DNA of 64,000 nt from Azolla caroliniana (taxonomy: Eukaryota > Plantae > Polypodiophyta), in the NCBI GenBank assembly GCA_043228905.1, contig JBHGNT010000014.1:5208001-5272000 (forward strand), read 5' to 3'. Under the pieces are notes generated by a model. It was not told the origin of the DNA. It did not search any database and saw only the letters and a program-made list of their open reading frames with translations. Both the position numbers and the translations under genes were made by a program. This document shows, piece after piece, positions 25,299 through 38,901 of this stretch. Within the stretch, counting starts at the first letter, position 1, and every line of letters starts with the position of its first letter.

Positions 25299-28200
25299 CT
25301 CCTTCGAACTTCTTCACAAACACGCAGTGATCGGCCTGCGTCTTGTGGTACCCTTGATCGGTCATGAAGGAGTCGAACTTCCGGTACCATTGCCGGGGAG
25401 CCTGCTTCAGTCCGTACAGGCTCTTCTTCAACCGGCATACCAGGTGCTCCTTCCCTTTCTCCACAAATCCTTCCGGTTGCTGCATGTAGATCTCCTCTTC
25501 GAGGTCGCCGTGAAGGAATGCCGTCTTCACGTCCAGCTGCTCTACCTCGAGGTCCATGCTTGCTGCTATACTCAGCACCGTCGGATGGAGGTCATCTTTA
25601 CTATCGGGGAAAATATCTCGTCGAAGTCCACGCCCTTCTTCTGCTGGAACCCCTTCACCACGATCCTAGCTTTGTATCTCGGGGGGTTGCCGGCATCTCC
25701 CGGTTTCAACTTGTACACCCACTTGTTTCGGAGTGCCCGCTTTCCTTTCGGCAACTACACCAATTCGTACGTATGGTTCTCATGCAGGGAATCCATCTCA
25801 TCCTGCATGGCACTTAACCATTTTCGCCTGTGGGTGTCTTCCTTCGCTTCTTCGAAGCTTTCCGGCTCCCCCTCATCGGTCAGCAGAACATGCTCTGCAT
25901 CCGGAAATCTCCGGGGCGCCCTTCTCTCTCTGAGATGATATCTACGTCTTCGGGCTTCGGTAACCGGCTCCTCCATTTGCTCTTCATCCGAATCCGATTC
26001 GGGGTCTTGGCCGGTTCCGGTCTCAGCTTCCTCTACTTCTTCTTCTGCCGGTTCGGTATCCTCACTGTAACCGGCTGGTTCCTCGAGTGCTAACCGGCCT
26101 CTTGCCGGTTGGGTCTGCTCATCGTAGAGTCGATCCTTACCAGTCGACTCGGAGTTCATTACCTTCTTCTCCGACTCCCAGTCGGCGAGTGTCTTGTCCT
26201 CCATGAAGATAATATCTCGACTACGGAATACCTTCTTGGCGATCGGGTCCCACACTCGGTAGCTGAACTCATCGTCACCGTAACCGAGGAATATGCATGG
26301 CCGGGTCTTTGGATCTAGCTTTCTTCTCTGGTCCTTAGCTACATGCACGTACGCGAGACACCCGAACACCTTCAGATGCCGGTAGGATACTTCCTTACCG
26401 GTCCACACTCTCTGTGGCTTGTCTCCGTCCAAGGGTACTGAGGGTGATCTATTTATCATGTATGTCGCCGTCGACAGTGCCTCAGGCCAAAACTTCTTGG
26501 GTAGTTTTGCATGCGCTAGCATACTCCAGACCCTCTCCATTATGGTCCGGTTCATCCTCTCGGCCAGTCCGTTTAGTTCCAGCGTCTTCGGCACGGTAAA
26601 TTTGAGCCGGATTCCCTTCGAGCAGCAGTACACCTCGAACTGCCCTCGGTATTCTCCTCCGTTGTCTGCTCGAACCGCCTTCAGCTTCTGGCCGGTTTCT
26701 CTTTCCACTCTCGCGTGGAGCTCTTTGAAGACGGATAACACCTGATCCTTCGTCTTCAGTGGTGTGGCCCACAGCTTCCGGCTGTGGTCATCTATGAACG
26801 TCACGAAGTACTGCGCTCCGGCATCTGACTTCGTGTCTACTTGACACACATCCGTATGCACCGACTCCAGTGGTGCATTACGTCTCATCGGTGGCCTTGG
26901 TCGGAAGGAGGTCCGGTTCTGCTTACCGGCCAGACAATTAGTGCACTTCTCTAAGTGCACGTTCTTCACTAGAATGAGGTTGTCGTCTGCAAGCCTCTTC
27001 ATCCCCTTCTCGCTCGTATGACACAACCTCTTGTGCCACAGCTCACCGGCAGTGTCGGATGCCACGTTCACTTCTTCCGGACATAACCGGGCATTCATCA
27101 GATACAACGTGTTGACCTTCCGGGCCCGAGCCACAATCAGGCTCCCTTTGCTGAACTTCATGACACCGTTCCGGATGCTACCCGTGTAGCCTTCATCATC
27201 TAGCCGACTGGCTGATATCAGGTTCAGACGAACTTCCGGAACGTGTCGGACATCCTTCAGCAGCAACTTGCATCCGGTTGGTGTTGTCAGCCGCACGTCT
27301 CCTATGTCGACAATTTGGCATGTTCCTTCATTCCCCATCCGGACACAGCCGTGATCACCGGCTGAATAGGATGAGAAGCATTTCCGGTCCGGGGTAAGGT
27401 GGAATGACGCTCCGGAGTCTACCACCCAGGTCATCTCGTCGCCGACAAGGTTTATCTCACATTCCTCGGTGATGAGCATCAACTCTTCTTCACTTGCCAC
27501 GATTGCCGTCGTTCCCTTCCGGTCCTGCCCCCTCCGGTCTTTACCGTTCCGGTCCGAGGTTTGCTTCGAATCGGTACCGTCGGTTTCCTTGTCTTTACGG
27601 AAATGCCGACAGTTCTTTTGGAAGTGTCCCGGCTTGCCGCAATAGAAGCAAGTTGGCCTCCCCCTTGACTTTGACCGTGTCCCCGACTTCTCTCGGTTCT
27701 GGGGACTACGGTTTCTATGTCTTCCACGTTCCGATTCGGTAAGAAACGCTTTGGAGTCGGCGCTCGTATCTTTGTCTTTCCGACGCGCCTCCTCATCTAG
27801 CAAGCTCGACTTTACTCTTGCTAGGGATAACCGTTTTCCTTCCGGCCCGGCGTTGCCCAAAGTGACAACCAACGTCTCCCAGCTATCCGGGAGGGAACCG
27901 AGCAGGAGTAGCGCTAGTACCTCATCGGCGAGAGGTACTTCCAATGAAGTTGCCTGGTGGATCAGCCCCTGGAAGGCATTCATGTGCTTCGCCATGCTGG
28001 AGCCATCTTGGTACCGGAGTCTTACTAGCTTCCGGAATACCGACACCTGGTTAACAACATTTTTGTTCTGAAACATTATGCCGATCTTCTCCCAGAGCTC
28101 ATGAGCCTTGCTCTCTTCATTGAAGTTGTTGTACATGCTCATGTCGATGAAGCACCGTATGTACGCCGTTGTCTTCATGTGCATCACCTCCCATATCGCA

Positions 28201-28343
28201 ACGTCGATTTTGTCCGGTCTCTTGTCCCCGAACTGAACCGGCAGCCAGAGGTCTTTAACCAGGAGCATGTCCCTCATCTTTGACTTCCACACTGAGTAGT
28301 TGGAGCCGGTGAGCTTGAACATGCTGCCAAACGATTCGTCCAT
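25299..28343 (-). pseudogene. E gag-PR-INT-RT N-part
   Basis: ORF 25755-28463 (true ATG likely 28343): CFYCGKPGHFQKNC, VDSGAS, ADNGGEY; RT continues 25299-25754. Confidence 0.92.
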
Positions 28344-28844
28344 TTTCTGTGTCGATTCGCTCTGATACCACTTGACGGGAACCCAACGTTCCTTATGCGC
28401 GACGCTTGGCCACAACTGAGCGTAGAATGATACACAAAAAACGGGAAATAAAACACGACACAAAGGAGAGGAAGATACACAGGAGGTTTACGTGGAAAAC
28501 CCCAAACTAGGGGAAAAACCATGGCAGCCCACAGGCTGCAAACTGTCACTATGTGAGAATGTACAATAGTGAGTTCATTGAGGCAACGACCTCGTGCTCA
28601 CAGATCTTCACCACACGCGGCGGTTACAACAGAGGCAACGACCTCTTTCTCTCTCTCTCTCTGTACACTATTACGTGCTCTCTCTTCTTCTTGCACCAAC
28701 AAAGGAAAAATGACAACCACAACTAAAAGTTTGCCCTAAGTCATATTTATACTAATATGACTTTTCGGCTATTTACAAATGTAGCCTCGATGGGCTCTCA
28801 AAAACATATTTACGAGTATGTCTCTTCCTCCGGTTCTCACCGGT

Positions 28845-29160
28845 CCTGCACCATCCGGCTCTCCGTAGCCGGGTACTCCTCATCCGGTTCATACCGGGTC
28901 TGCACCATCCGGCTCTCCGTAGCCGAGTAATCCTCATCCGGTTCATACCGGGCCTGCACCATCCGGCTCTCCGTAGCCGAGTACTCCTCATCCGGTTCAT
29001 ACCGGGCCTGCACCATCCGGCTCTCCGTAGCCGAGTACTCCTCATCCGGTTCATACCGGGCCTGCACCATCCGGCTCTCCGTAGCCGAGTACTCCTGATC
29101 CGGTTCATACCGGGCCTGCACCATCCGGCTCTCCGTAGCTGGGTCCTCCTCATACGGTTT
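28845..29160. repeat. 60-bp tandem repeat, ~5 copies, in U3 of the E 5' LTR
   Basis: Unit CTGCACCATCCGGCTCTCCGTAGCCGAGTACTCCTCATCCGGTTCATACCGGG(C/C-T). Confidence 0.95.
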
Positions 29161-32100
29161 CCCATCTGGAGGGACCTGTCTCCCAACAATCTGACCCTTG
29201 ACTATAAGATAGTCCTGCATTTGCTCCTTCCAAATATTGAAGTTCGAACCGTCGAACCTGCTTAGACTCATTTCCGATGTGCCGGATGTTGATGCCATCA
29301 GATTCAGTTTCGGTTGACGAAGCTCGGTTCGGAGTTGACTACGAACCTTGTTGGAGTGCAGCCAGTCGGCTCACCCAATATCGTTCTAGTCGGATTTGAA
29401 CCCGAGTCGGTTCGGTTTCGGATATATGTATTGTTGAACTTGCTCGAATTGACTCCGGTAACTTGAGGGACAGAGCCGACTGGTCTTCCCGAATGTTGCC
29501 GAGTCGGAGTGAGCCTGGTTCGCTTCCGAATATATATGCCAAATACCGATTATTGAAATCGATTGTTTGGACCGATTCTGCTTCGGGTGACTGCAGCGAC
29601 GAGAGAGACGGATCCAATTGATCCTCCCAAATGTCGATCAACCGGATGGAGCACGAATTGGGGTTGTTGTCTTGAGACCAATCTGCACTGAGTGGTTACA
29701 ATGGGCGGCGAGCAGCGTTCGGTGACCTGTTCAGATGCCGTTTAACCGAGTGGAGCACGATCGTGTCAATGTTGCACAAGGGGATTTCACCTCGAGCGGT
29801 TACGATCACGAGGAACAGAGTACAGCTGTCTGGCTTACTCCAAGCGAAGATGATCTAACGCGATGAGATGCAAGCCTCGTTTTTCTTCTTCTTCTCTCTT
29901 CTCTGTTTCTTCAAATACAAAACAGAAAAAAAAACAGAATGTTGTGTTCCAAAGATTCGAATGGCGGCCGACAGCTGGATGAAGGACATCCAAGCTCTGA
30001 TACCAAATGTAGGGAATGGACAAGGCCGTCAGTGCGGAAGAGATCACATAGTATGAATCTGTGAGGAAGAAAATTACCTGCGTATGAGAGAGGGAAGAAC
30101 AAAATACGTACATTGAGAGAGAGAGAAAGAGGCACAAAGAATATATCTATGTTCATAAAAGGGCAACCGTTACAACAATGAACAACCAACCTTTACAAAA
30201 GGTTACAAAGTCACTTTATATAGTGACTCACTTAGGGCAACTGCCCTTTATGTTATTTACAAAAATAGCCCGAATTTGGGCTCTCTAAGAGGATAGTGTG
30301 AATACGTCCATTATACATTTGTATTCGACATGCCGGAGGGCAGCGGAGAGCGGATAAAGGGGGTCGCGTCGGACCCAAGTTTACGGAATCCAGCCGGCAT
30401 AGGGCACCGGTTCACCGACATAACGCTACGGGAGTTCAAGGTTGGTGGGGGTGGCTTTCTACTGCCGAAGGAGGAGGATTGATTTCGGAGGATGCTCGGA
30501 AGGCACGGGAAGGCCTTCACATTCTTGCTGGAGGAGATCGGGTGCGTAGACCCGACAATTGTCGAGCCAATGGTGATCTTCACGCTACCACATGTGCCGT
30601 GGAATCTCAAACCGATTCCAGTGCCCAGAGCTCACATCCCAAGGCTGATGGAGCTACTGAAGCAGAAGGTGGATATGGGCATCCTCGAACTGTCGAGTGA
30701 CCCATACTCGAATCGGTGGTTCACGGTGCCAAAGAAGAACGACATGTTGCGCTTCATACAGGACCTGAAACCAGTCAACAAGGTGACCATCCGTAAGGTA
30801 GGAATCGGGCCGACCATAGATGAGTTCGTGGAGGCCTTTGCCGAGAGGTCGATCTATTCGGTCGGTGACTTATAGTCAGGGTACGACCAGTTCCAACTAG
30901 CCGTAGATAGCAGGGACATCACGACAATGCGGACTCCTCTCGGCTTGGTGCGGATGTGTACCCTACCGCAAGGAGGAACGAATTCGGTGGCACACATGGT
31001 GAATGCGATGAACAAGGTGTTAAGGGACTGCATCCCGGACATCACTATGCCGTTCCTCGATGACGTACCGATAAAGGGGTGTCCGGTGGAGGACGCGGAC
31101 GATACGGTCGGCCGGACGGATGTCGGAGGTTCGTTGTGAACCACATCAATGACTGCGAGAAGGTGCTGCAGAGGCTCGAGAGCACGTGGCTCACCTTCTC
31201 CGGAGAGAAATCAACGTTCGGGCAAATGGAGATCTTGGTAGTCGGACACATGTGCGGGCCCTACGGCCGGAAACCGTCTCTAGCAAAGGTAGAAGCCATC
31301 TCCATGATGGAGGACGATTGCGGGTTAGTTACCGAGGTCCACTAATTTTTGGGTGCGTGCGTGTTCTACCACATCTGGATTCCGCACTACGCACATGTCG
31401 CGGAATCTCTCTACGGGCTATTGAAGAAAGGGCGTAGGTTCGAGTGGAGGACGGAGCACACGGAGGCGGTCCGGAGAGTGAAGGAGGCGCTCGCCGTGGC
31501 ACCGGTTCTCCGGAAAGCGGTTTACGGCAAGGAAGTCCCCATCTACGTGATGGTGGACATGAGCACGATCGGGATTGGGTGGGTGATCAGTCAGGAGGAC
31601 AAGGATAGTGTACGGTTCCCGATCCGGTTCAGGGCGAAGGTATTGAGCGAGCGACAACGAGGATATGCCCAAGTTAAACGCGAGCTATGGGGTATCGTTT
31701 CGGTAGCCAAGGCCGACAAGGACTATCTGATCAGGACAGAAGTGATCATTGAGACGGACTGCCTACCGATTCTGGGTATGGTCTCCGGATGCGCGACTCT
31801 GGACCTGGCGATGCTCAGGTGGATCGCGTACATCAAGTCCCTGAACCCGGAGATACGGCACATCTCTGGAAAGGATAATGTCATGGTCGATATGCTTTCA
31901 AGGGCGAGGTTCAGCGACGAGGACGACATGGTTTCGGATAACAAGGAAGTCGGCGAGGACTTCTTCGGGTCAACTAACGTGGCAACTAGGACGGGGAGCA
32001 CTCCGGCGGTTAACGAGTTCGAAGAGAGCGAATACAATGGGGAGTGGCTCCAGATAGGAAGGTTCCTGCGCACAATGACGCCGGACACGACGTGGACAAG

Positions 32101-33482
32101 AGAAGAGGCCAATCGGCTGCGGAAGAAGGTGTGAAGGTTCTTCCTACGAGGAGGACGCAAATGGAGGCATCCAAAGAAGCGTAGCGGCGAGGGAAGACGA
32201 GCAGAGAGCGTTGCTTACGGCGTATCATGACAACCCTTGGGCCGGACACCGCGGAACATGGGCCACATTCGAGAAGCTGAAGGGGAAGTACTAGTGGTCG
32301 GGACTATACCAGGACGTGCATCGGTTCGTGAGGACTTGCAAAAGCTGTCAGATGCACTCCATAGTTCGACATCGAGACGAGCTTCACCCGACCTACCCTC
32401 CGACTGTCCACTTCAAGTGGATGGTGGATCTGGTGACAATGCCGATGGGGGTAGGGCAGATGTGGTATCTGGTGCTGGCTCGGGAGGATCTAACGAACTA
32501 GGTGGAAGGCCGAGCATTGCAAAACAAAACGACCGCGGCCGTGTGCCGGTTTCTAATCGAAGATGTGGTATGTCGGTATGGGTGCGTCGGCAAGATCGTG
32601 GCCGACAGCGGGGAAATAGACGCGCGAGAGGCGGAAGAGCTTTTTGACCGGCTAGGGGTTAAACTCTCGCTCACCACGGCGTACAATCTGAAGGCTAACG
32701 GGAAGGTGGAACGCGGACACAGACCGATCGTCAAAGTGTTAGTACGAGCGTGTGGGGGCCAAGTCGGAAACTAGCCGCGGCTCTTACCCTATGCATTGTG
32801 GGCGGACCGAACTACACACAGTTCGGTAACGGGGTTCATGCCGGCGGAACTAATGTACGGGTAGAAGCTGATCATGCTGGTGGAACGGACGATTTCTTCG
32901 TGGGCCACAATGGGCTGGAAGGACGAAATGAGCCGGGAAGAGTTGCTGGCGGCGCGGATCCGACAACTTGAGCGGAGACCTGAGGACGTGGAACGGGCGA
33001 AGGAGAAACTGCGCGCGGCAAGGGAACGAAACAAAACCCGGTTCGACCGGACGCACCGGCTACGACCGAAGAAGATTGAGGAATGCGACTGGGTGCTGGT
33101 TTATGACAACAGCCTTGACAACCAGCACAAGGCGACCCGCAAATTCGTGAGGAGATGGTTCGGGCCCAACACGATGATGAGCACGAACGGCAACAAGACG
33201 TACCATCTTGCGGAGCTCGACGGGCCACGATTTGCGGTGCCGGTGGCTGGGAAGCGGATTAAAGCATTCAAGAAGCGGTACGAAGACGAGCCGAAGCGGG
33301 GGAGCGATAACGACGACGATCGGTTCAGGAACGCCGATAGTTCGGAGAGCGACGAGTGAACACGAGCTGGTTTTCTCCGGTATCTGTCCCCGGTGTCGAG
33401 GGATCTCTCCTCCATCCGCTATGACCTTCCTCGTCGTCGTTTCGGTCGTCCGCCTTGCCGCCACCACCGTCCGCCCTAGATC

Positions 33483-34617
33483 TCATGCCGGAGTCTCTAG
33501 AACCGGTGTGGGTAAGGTTCCGACACCGTCGCTCCTCATGTCCGTAGCCACCTTCGTCCGGACGTCGTTGTCCGCGGCTACCCCGTCCCCGATTACGCGA
33601 GCCTCGATTACGCTTGCCTCCTTCTCTTCCTCGTTTCGGTTGCCTGCCTTGCTGCCACCATCTGTCACACTAGGTCTCACACCGGCTCTTGGGCCGGATG
33701 ACGGAGTCTCTAGAACCGGTGTGGGTGAGGTCCCGACACCATCACTCGCTGATGTCATGTTCGTAGCCACCTTCATTCGGGCGTCGTGGTCCATGGCTAT
33801 CTCTTCCTCAATTCCACAAGTCTCGATTATGCTTGCTACCTCCTTGTAGAATGTTTCGGGCAATCGCGTTCCGAAACTTACGCCCACTCTCGAAGTGGTG
33901 TTCATTGCTCTGTAGTTCCCGGCCTTATCCATGGCCGTCCTTTTCCCGCAAGACGAGAGGGTGGTGCGCTCTGCACCCTCTCCCATGTCACCGTTGTATG
34001 CTCTTTCAGCCTCCGCATAGGCCCCGTCCTTCGTGTGTAGGGAGGCATCTTCCTCTGCGTTCTCCAATCCTCTCGGGCCCGTCTCCATAATAGACCCTTC
34101 TTCAACTTCGATTTGTGCCCTCACGATCTCATACGCTTCCCGTACCAAGGCTTCGATGTCGAGCTCCACCGAACCATTCTGCGGTGAGCTTTCCTCCGTC
34201 GGCGGTGACGCGTAGTCACTCACCATCCTCCTTTCGCCGCCGCTTGCCGACAACCGCATCTCCTCATGTTGTTGGCATACCCTCTCTACCTCATTCCAAT
34301 CTTCGGTGAGGCCATACGCCCCTTCATCGTCTTCGAGTTCGGATAAAATGGCCATTCTCCCCTTTTCATCGATCGACTTTAAAAATAGTAGGACCTTGTC
34401 CGCCCCCACCGACCTTTGATCCCGGTCTGAGAGTTCAACAAAACGAAGCTCGAACTCTCGGAATGCTTTCATTGCGCTCCGAGGAGCCTTCACCGATGCT
34501 ACCCATAGACTGAACTCGCGTCGATCATACTCGTATGCCTCGTCCCGTCTTTCTCTTTGCCTTGCAAAACCCCTTATCATTCTCGCCATTACTTCCATGA
34601 TGTCTTCCTCTTCCATC
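33483..34617 (-). CDS. B degenerate Gag-like N-terminus fused to an acidic low-complexity region
   Basis: REFELRF..L, KVLLFLKSID and GLTEDW match the C/A/I Gag; the rest is unrelated. Confidence 0.6.
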
Positions 34618-35347
34618 CTTTTTCTCCCTTGCCGCCTATTCACGTCGGGTTCACCAAAGATGTCGCGTATTTCCACGCGTGCGTGTAGAATAAGGCGGGA
34701 CCACGGGGGTCTTGGACTAGGGAGTAGATTGGAAGACGGGTATGAGCAAAGTGGAAGAGATTAACATGGTAGAGAAAGTAGAAAGAGACAAGATTTATGA
34801 AGTTATGTATATTATGGGCATGAAAGCCGCAATGCGATTACAACCGCGGCCGCGTGGGCCGGACTCAAAACATAAGTAGAATGTAAACCCTAATCGGATA
34901 AGTAAAGAAAGAGATGAAGAAAACCCTAGAAGAAACCCTAAACCGAATAGAAACCCTCGACCTAAGTGGTATACCTCTTCTCACTCAAAATAGGCAACCC
35001 CCTCAATGGTGCCCCTTCCTCTCCTTTTATAGCATAAGGAGAGAAAGCTGTTACAAAAAGGAGAGACTAAATATCCCCTTCATTCAATGGGGATATTTGC
35101 TTAGATTCTTGGAGGAGGGATTGATGGGGCCTTAACTCCCACTCCTCACACATACTACTATGCCCATTACTCACCTCGTACTCCTATGTACCCTCTCTTT
35201 CTCATGTGGATGTGCATGTCTTACAATTTACATTTGTTCTTATGAATATTTTACAAATACATCATGTGTGTGTGCAACGTTGCACACCCCGGTTTTGCTC
35301 ACTCCGCTCGGTTTTCCCCCTATGGACGAAAATCTTCACGACAACGC

Positions 35348-37682
35348 GAACGCCTTTCCATGTCTTTTTAACATCTCCTTGAATTGCTTTTCTTCAACTA
35401 GTAATAGGAAGTCACCCCCTCCTATTTTCATCTCTTGTATTGTTTTTGGAGTAAACACATGTCCCACCTTTCGCGGGTCTCTAATCATTGGAAGCATTTT
35501 GTATTTTATTATTATCTACTTTTAGCATAAAAGTAGCACCACTAGATGAGATTGTACAAGGAATATCTTTATTTACGTTATTATTTATGGGGTTTTCTTT
35601 CATGTTTGGGCTATCACAACCCCTACCTGTAAAAGCCCTATCTAAAAATCTTGGGAAAATTCTTCATCCACCTCCTGAACTGGATGTTCCCTCAAGCATT
35701 CTTTATTTCTTTCGTGGTTGGGCCTCATGGTTAAGAATTGGACTGTCTTTCTTCCATCTTGACTCTTGATTCTGATGAAAGCCGAACCATCATCAATCAC
35801 CTTTGTTTCCATCCAGACTGCAGTGATGTAAGGTTGACCAAGGATGACGGGGTAGGTTGATCGATCCTGCACAAAGAAATTTTGATTCATCGACACATCA
35901 CCAATTGTTACCTTCACATTGGGGCATGCTCCGAATAGATCCTTCGTAGTCTCTGTGGCAACTCTTATCTTCCACCCATGATTCTTGTCGATCGGCCACC
36001 GTCCTTGAGCGTAAAATTCCGACAACATCATGTTAATCTCGGATCCATGATTGATCAAAGAAATACATGGATTTTGTTGCTCCCCAATTTTTGCAGGTGC
36101 CTCCGTTGTTGCTCGAGCCCAATGGTCCCTTGTATAGTGAATCCTATCCTCTTCATGAACCCCAACATTATTTCAGTTTTTTACACTTGCAACGTTAATG
36201 GTACCACCATACAAATCTCGAAGTGTTGCTGCACACCCTCCCGTAACTTCATCCGTCACCTGTATCTTTCTTCTAATAATATCTATGATAACTTCATGAA
36301 ATTCTTTCTTTGCTATACCCAACACTTCTCTTAAAGTAAATTCTACCTTACTATTTAATATTCTTGTTTCTAGTACCTTTTTTATATACGTCGTTGTTTC
36401 TATGTCTGAAGCAAGCTTGAAAGATGGGCCTGTCTTCTCTTTTACTCTATCAACTTCCTTCGTCTTAGGAGCACCCTTTTCCATATCCCTTCTCTTTTAT
36501 TCTCGTGTCTCATGTTTCTTTGCCGGATCAGCCTCCTCAGCTCTCTTTTGCTTCTCTTCCACTAGTACCTCTTGTGCATTCACTTGGGCGAATGCTGATA
36601 GTGTGTCTAGTGAATCATTCCATCCAGTGAAGTTCCGTATTTCATCTCCCGCTCTTTTTAATTCATCCACTTGAACCTTCCCTTTTCTTGCATAATCCAT
36701 CACATCTTGCTAAAAGCCAGATCCACCATATGAGTCTTCTACACGCAACCCTAACGTTGCGATGGACTGTATCGCTTGAGTTGTTTCTCTCTCGACATCT
36801 TGCATTAGCTTTTTCATTCCACCTCGCCCAAAGTTGAGTTGAAGTGGTTGTCGAGTGAATCTTACCATCTTGATAATAGATTTAATCATGATTAAGAGCA
36901 TCGCTATGTTCTTGATAGTCTTTCTTCTGATGGTCGATACTGTCACACCAGATACACCTTCAGACCATTCCACCTCCTTGCCTTGACGAAGTTGAGCTTT
37001 GTCCCGATTCTAGCTTCATCACTTTGATCGACAAGTCTTTCATGCCTTTCACCAACTCATGCAAGAGTGAATCTTCTATTTTCTTCTCTCCCGAGTCGTT
37101 TCCTGTTTCGTCTCCCTGTCTCTGACAACTCCATAAACCATAACTTTCTTTTACAGAAATGGGCGCAAGCCCTTTTCACCTCCTCCCAGTCTTCGGTAAG
37201 TCCATTTGGACTATTTTAATCTTCCAGAATCATTCCCAAGTCTTTCCTGTCTTTAATATTAGTGGCTTGTAGAAACAATATTATTTTATCTGGCATTATT
37301 ATGTTTCTCTCCCTAACTTTTAATTGCTCAAATCTTTTGAAAACTTTTTTAACACTTCCAAAACACATAATTGTTTATCAGACTCTACCCAATCCATGAA
37401 AGCTCGCCTTGTCATCCTTGACATATCGTTGAGGTTGTATTCATTCAATAATGCTCTTTCGAAAGTCGCCCATGTGTGATGCTCCCTCTGTAGCTCTTGG
37501 ATCCTCTCTTGTAGCCCAATCGCAGTGACTCGACTAAAGCTATTAATTTTTGCAGCTTCGTCGAAACCACATTTAAGCATTTCTTCATTGTAAATCTTCA
37601 GAAATCTTGTTAAATTTATACCTTCGAAGATTCCTACTCGAGCAAGAATGTTGTCGACGACTTTGTCGATGCTTGTCATCAT
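35348..37682 (-). pseudogene. A gag-protease and RT N-terminus
   Basis: INHGSEINM, GACPNVKV and LGQPYI; homologous to C 9836-11904. Confidence 0.85.
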
Positions 37683-38901
37683 CCCTTGCTCTCACATAAT
37701 TCGTTTCACCATCATACACATAAGCTTCATTTGCTCCTCCATTTCTCCTTGTTGTTGACTTCACGTCGGGTTCACCAAATGTGTCGGGGTAGTTGTGGTT
37801 CCTGCGGCGAAGTCACAGGGACTAAGGCTAAGGGAAGTTGAAGGCACTTTTATAAGGTTTGTGCACAAATGTTAGGAACACTAAGAATAAGAAGAATAAG
37901 AGTTTGAAGTAATGTGTGTGAGAGAGACACAAGTATAGATAAAAGATAGAGACAATGTATGATTCAAGAAGCAAGATAGAGACAAAGTATGATTTAAGAA
38001 AAAAAGTATATGATATGAACAATGATGTATATTACGAACACAAGATTTCACCAACTTTACAATGCTTGATAGCAAGATGAACCCTTTCTCTACCGACTCT
38101 TGATTCGAACCCTTGACTTCAACTTGGAGGCACGAGCCTCTTCACCAACAAGCTAACTTGTTTGTTTCTTTGATTATCTCATTTCTCTAACTTTCTCTTG
38201 ATTGATTCCCCCCTTGTTTTCCTTGCCCCTCTTTATATAAGTATTGTCATGCATATGGTAATGTGTGGGAGGATGGCATGCATGCAATGCATGACTTTCA
38301 TGTGATGCATGATCGCTATTTTGGGTACATGCATTACATGTGATGCATGACAACCATCATGCTCATTTGAGCTCTCATGTATGAAAATAGATATAGGATT
38401 AGTACAATGATGGAAATATACCTTGTGCTTGGTATACAAGGTTGAGGGTTCAAGTCTCTCAAATAGTACTAAATATAATATTTAAGTTCATTTTTATATC
38501 ATGAGCACATTCTTCACGACAATGCTTCCTCACCATCAATCGTATGATTGCCCCATTGACCGGGAAAAGAGCCACCATGGGGACCGATCTACAACTTGTC
38601 ACCAACCGAGCTAGAAGTCCTTCAAGCCTATATAGAGGAGAATCTGGCAAATGGTTTCATTCAACATTCGAAATCTCCAGCCGGTGCACCCATTTTCTTT
38701 GTCAAGAAAAAGGATGGATCACTTCATCTCGTTGTAGATTACCGTGGCTTGAATAAGGTCACCATCAGGAATAGGTATGCACTCCCCCTTATCTCAAGTA
38801 TTTTAGAACAGATCAATGGTGCAAGGTTCTTCACAAAGATCAACTTATGAGGATATAACCTTGTACGGATCTGACCAAGAGATGAATGGAAGACCACGTT
38901 T

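Larger units (their letters stand above)
17247..29188 (-). mobile_element. Element E: Ty1/copia (Tnt1/Tork-like). 5' LTR 28373-29188, 3' LTR 17247-17813, PBS tRNA-iMet 28359-28370, PPT 17814-17828, TSD ATCTG
   Basis: ATCTG at 17242-17246 and 29189-29193; paired LTRs; copia domain order. Confidence 0.93.
12324..30330 (-). mobile_element. Element D: Ty1/copia (Tnt1/Tork-like). 5' LTR 30008-30330, 3' LTR 12324-13141, PBS tRNA-iMet 29990-30005, PPT 13142-13153, TSD TGCCG
   Basis: TGGTATCAGAGC PBS; TGCCG at 12319-12323 and 30331-30335. Gag starts at 29298 and resumes at 17241 (KGQI|DP). Confidence 0.93.
9128..33360 (+). mobile_element. Element C: Trp-primed gypsy. 5' LTR 9128-9771, PBS 9776-9793, gag-PR ~9836-11904, RT-RH-INT 11904-12323 and 30336-33359; PPT and 3' LTR missing
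   Basis: CMWCDAVGHIRKEC knuckle, LVDHGSEINL protease, FLDD, RNase H and integrase (ADSGE, NGKVER). Frame is continuous across the D insertion (PLP|EGS). Confidence 0.88.
7444..35343 (-). mobile_element. Element B: non-autonomous Trp-primed LTR element. 5' LTR 34661-35343, 3' LTR 7444-8127, PBS 34639-34656, PPT 8128-8140, TSD ACGC
   Basis: Paired ~684-bp LTRs. Removing B plus 4 bp restores the A reading frame GKAFAFQP. No pol motifs in 8128-9127 or 33363-34640. Confidence 0.88.
1808..38521 (-). mobile_element. Element A: tRNA-Trp-primed non-chromovirus gypsy (Phygy-like). 5' LTR 37782-38521, 3' LTR 1808-2575, PBS 37760-37777, PPT 2576-2586
   Basis: Paired TGTCG...CGACA LTRs. PBS TGGTGAACCCGACGTGAA is complementary to the plant tRNA-Trp 3' end. 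Coding remnants: gag 37320-37682, protease 35642-36058, RT 7162-7443 and 3076-3715 (YLDD), RNase H 2774-3076, integrase C-terminus 2586-2775. Confidence 0.85.

Noticed and set aside
28837-29298. ORF with 20-aa repeats (ATESRMVQARYEPDEEY)
   Set aside because: Chimera of the D gag start reading into the 60-bp U3 repeats of the inserted E LTR.
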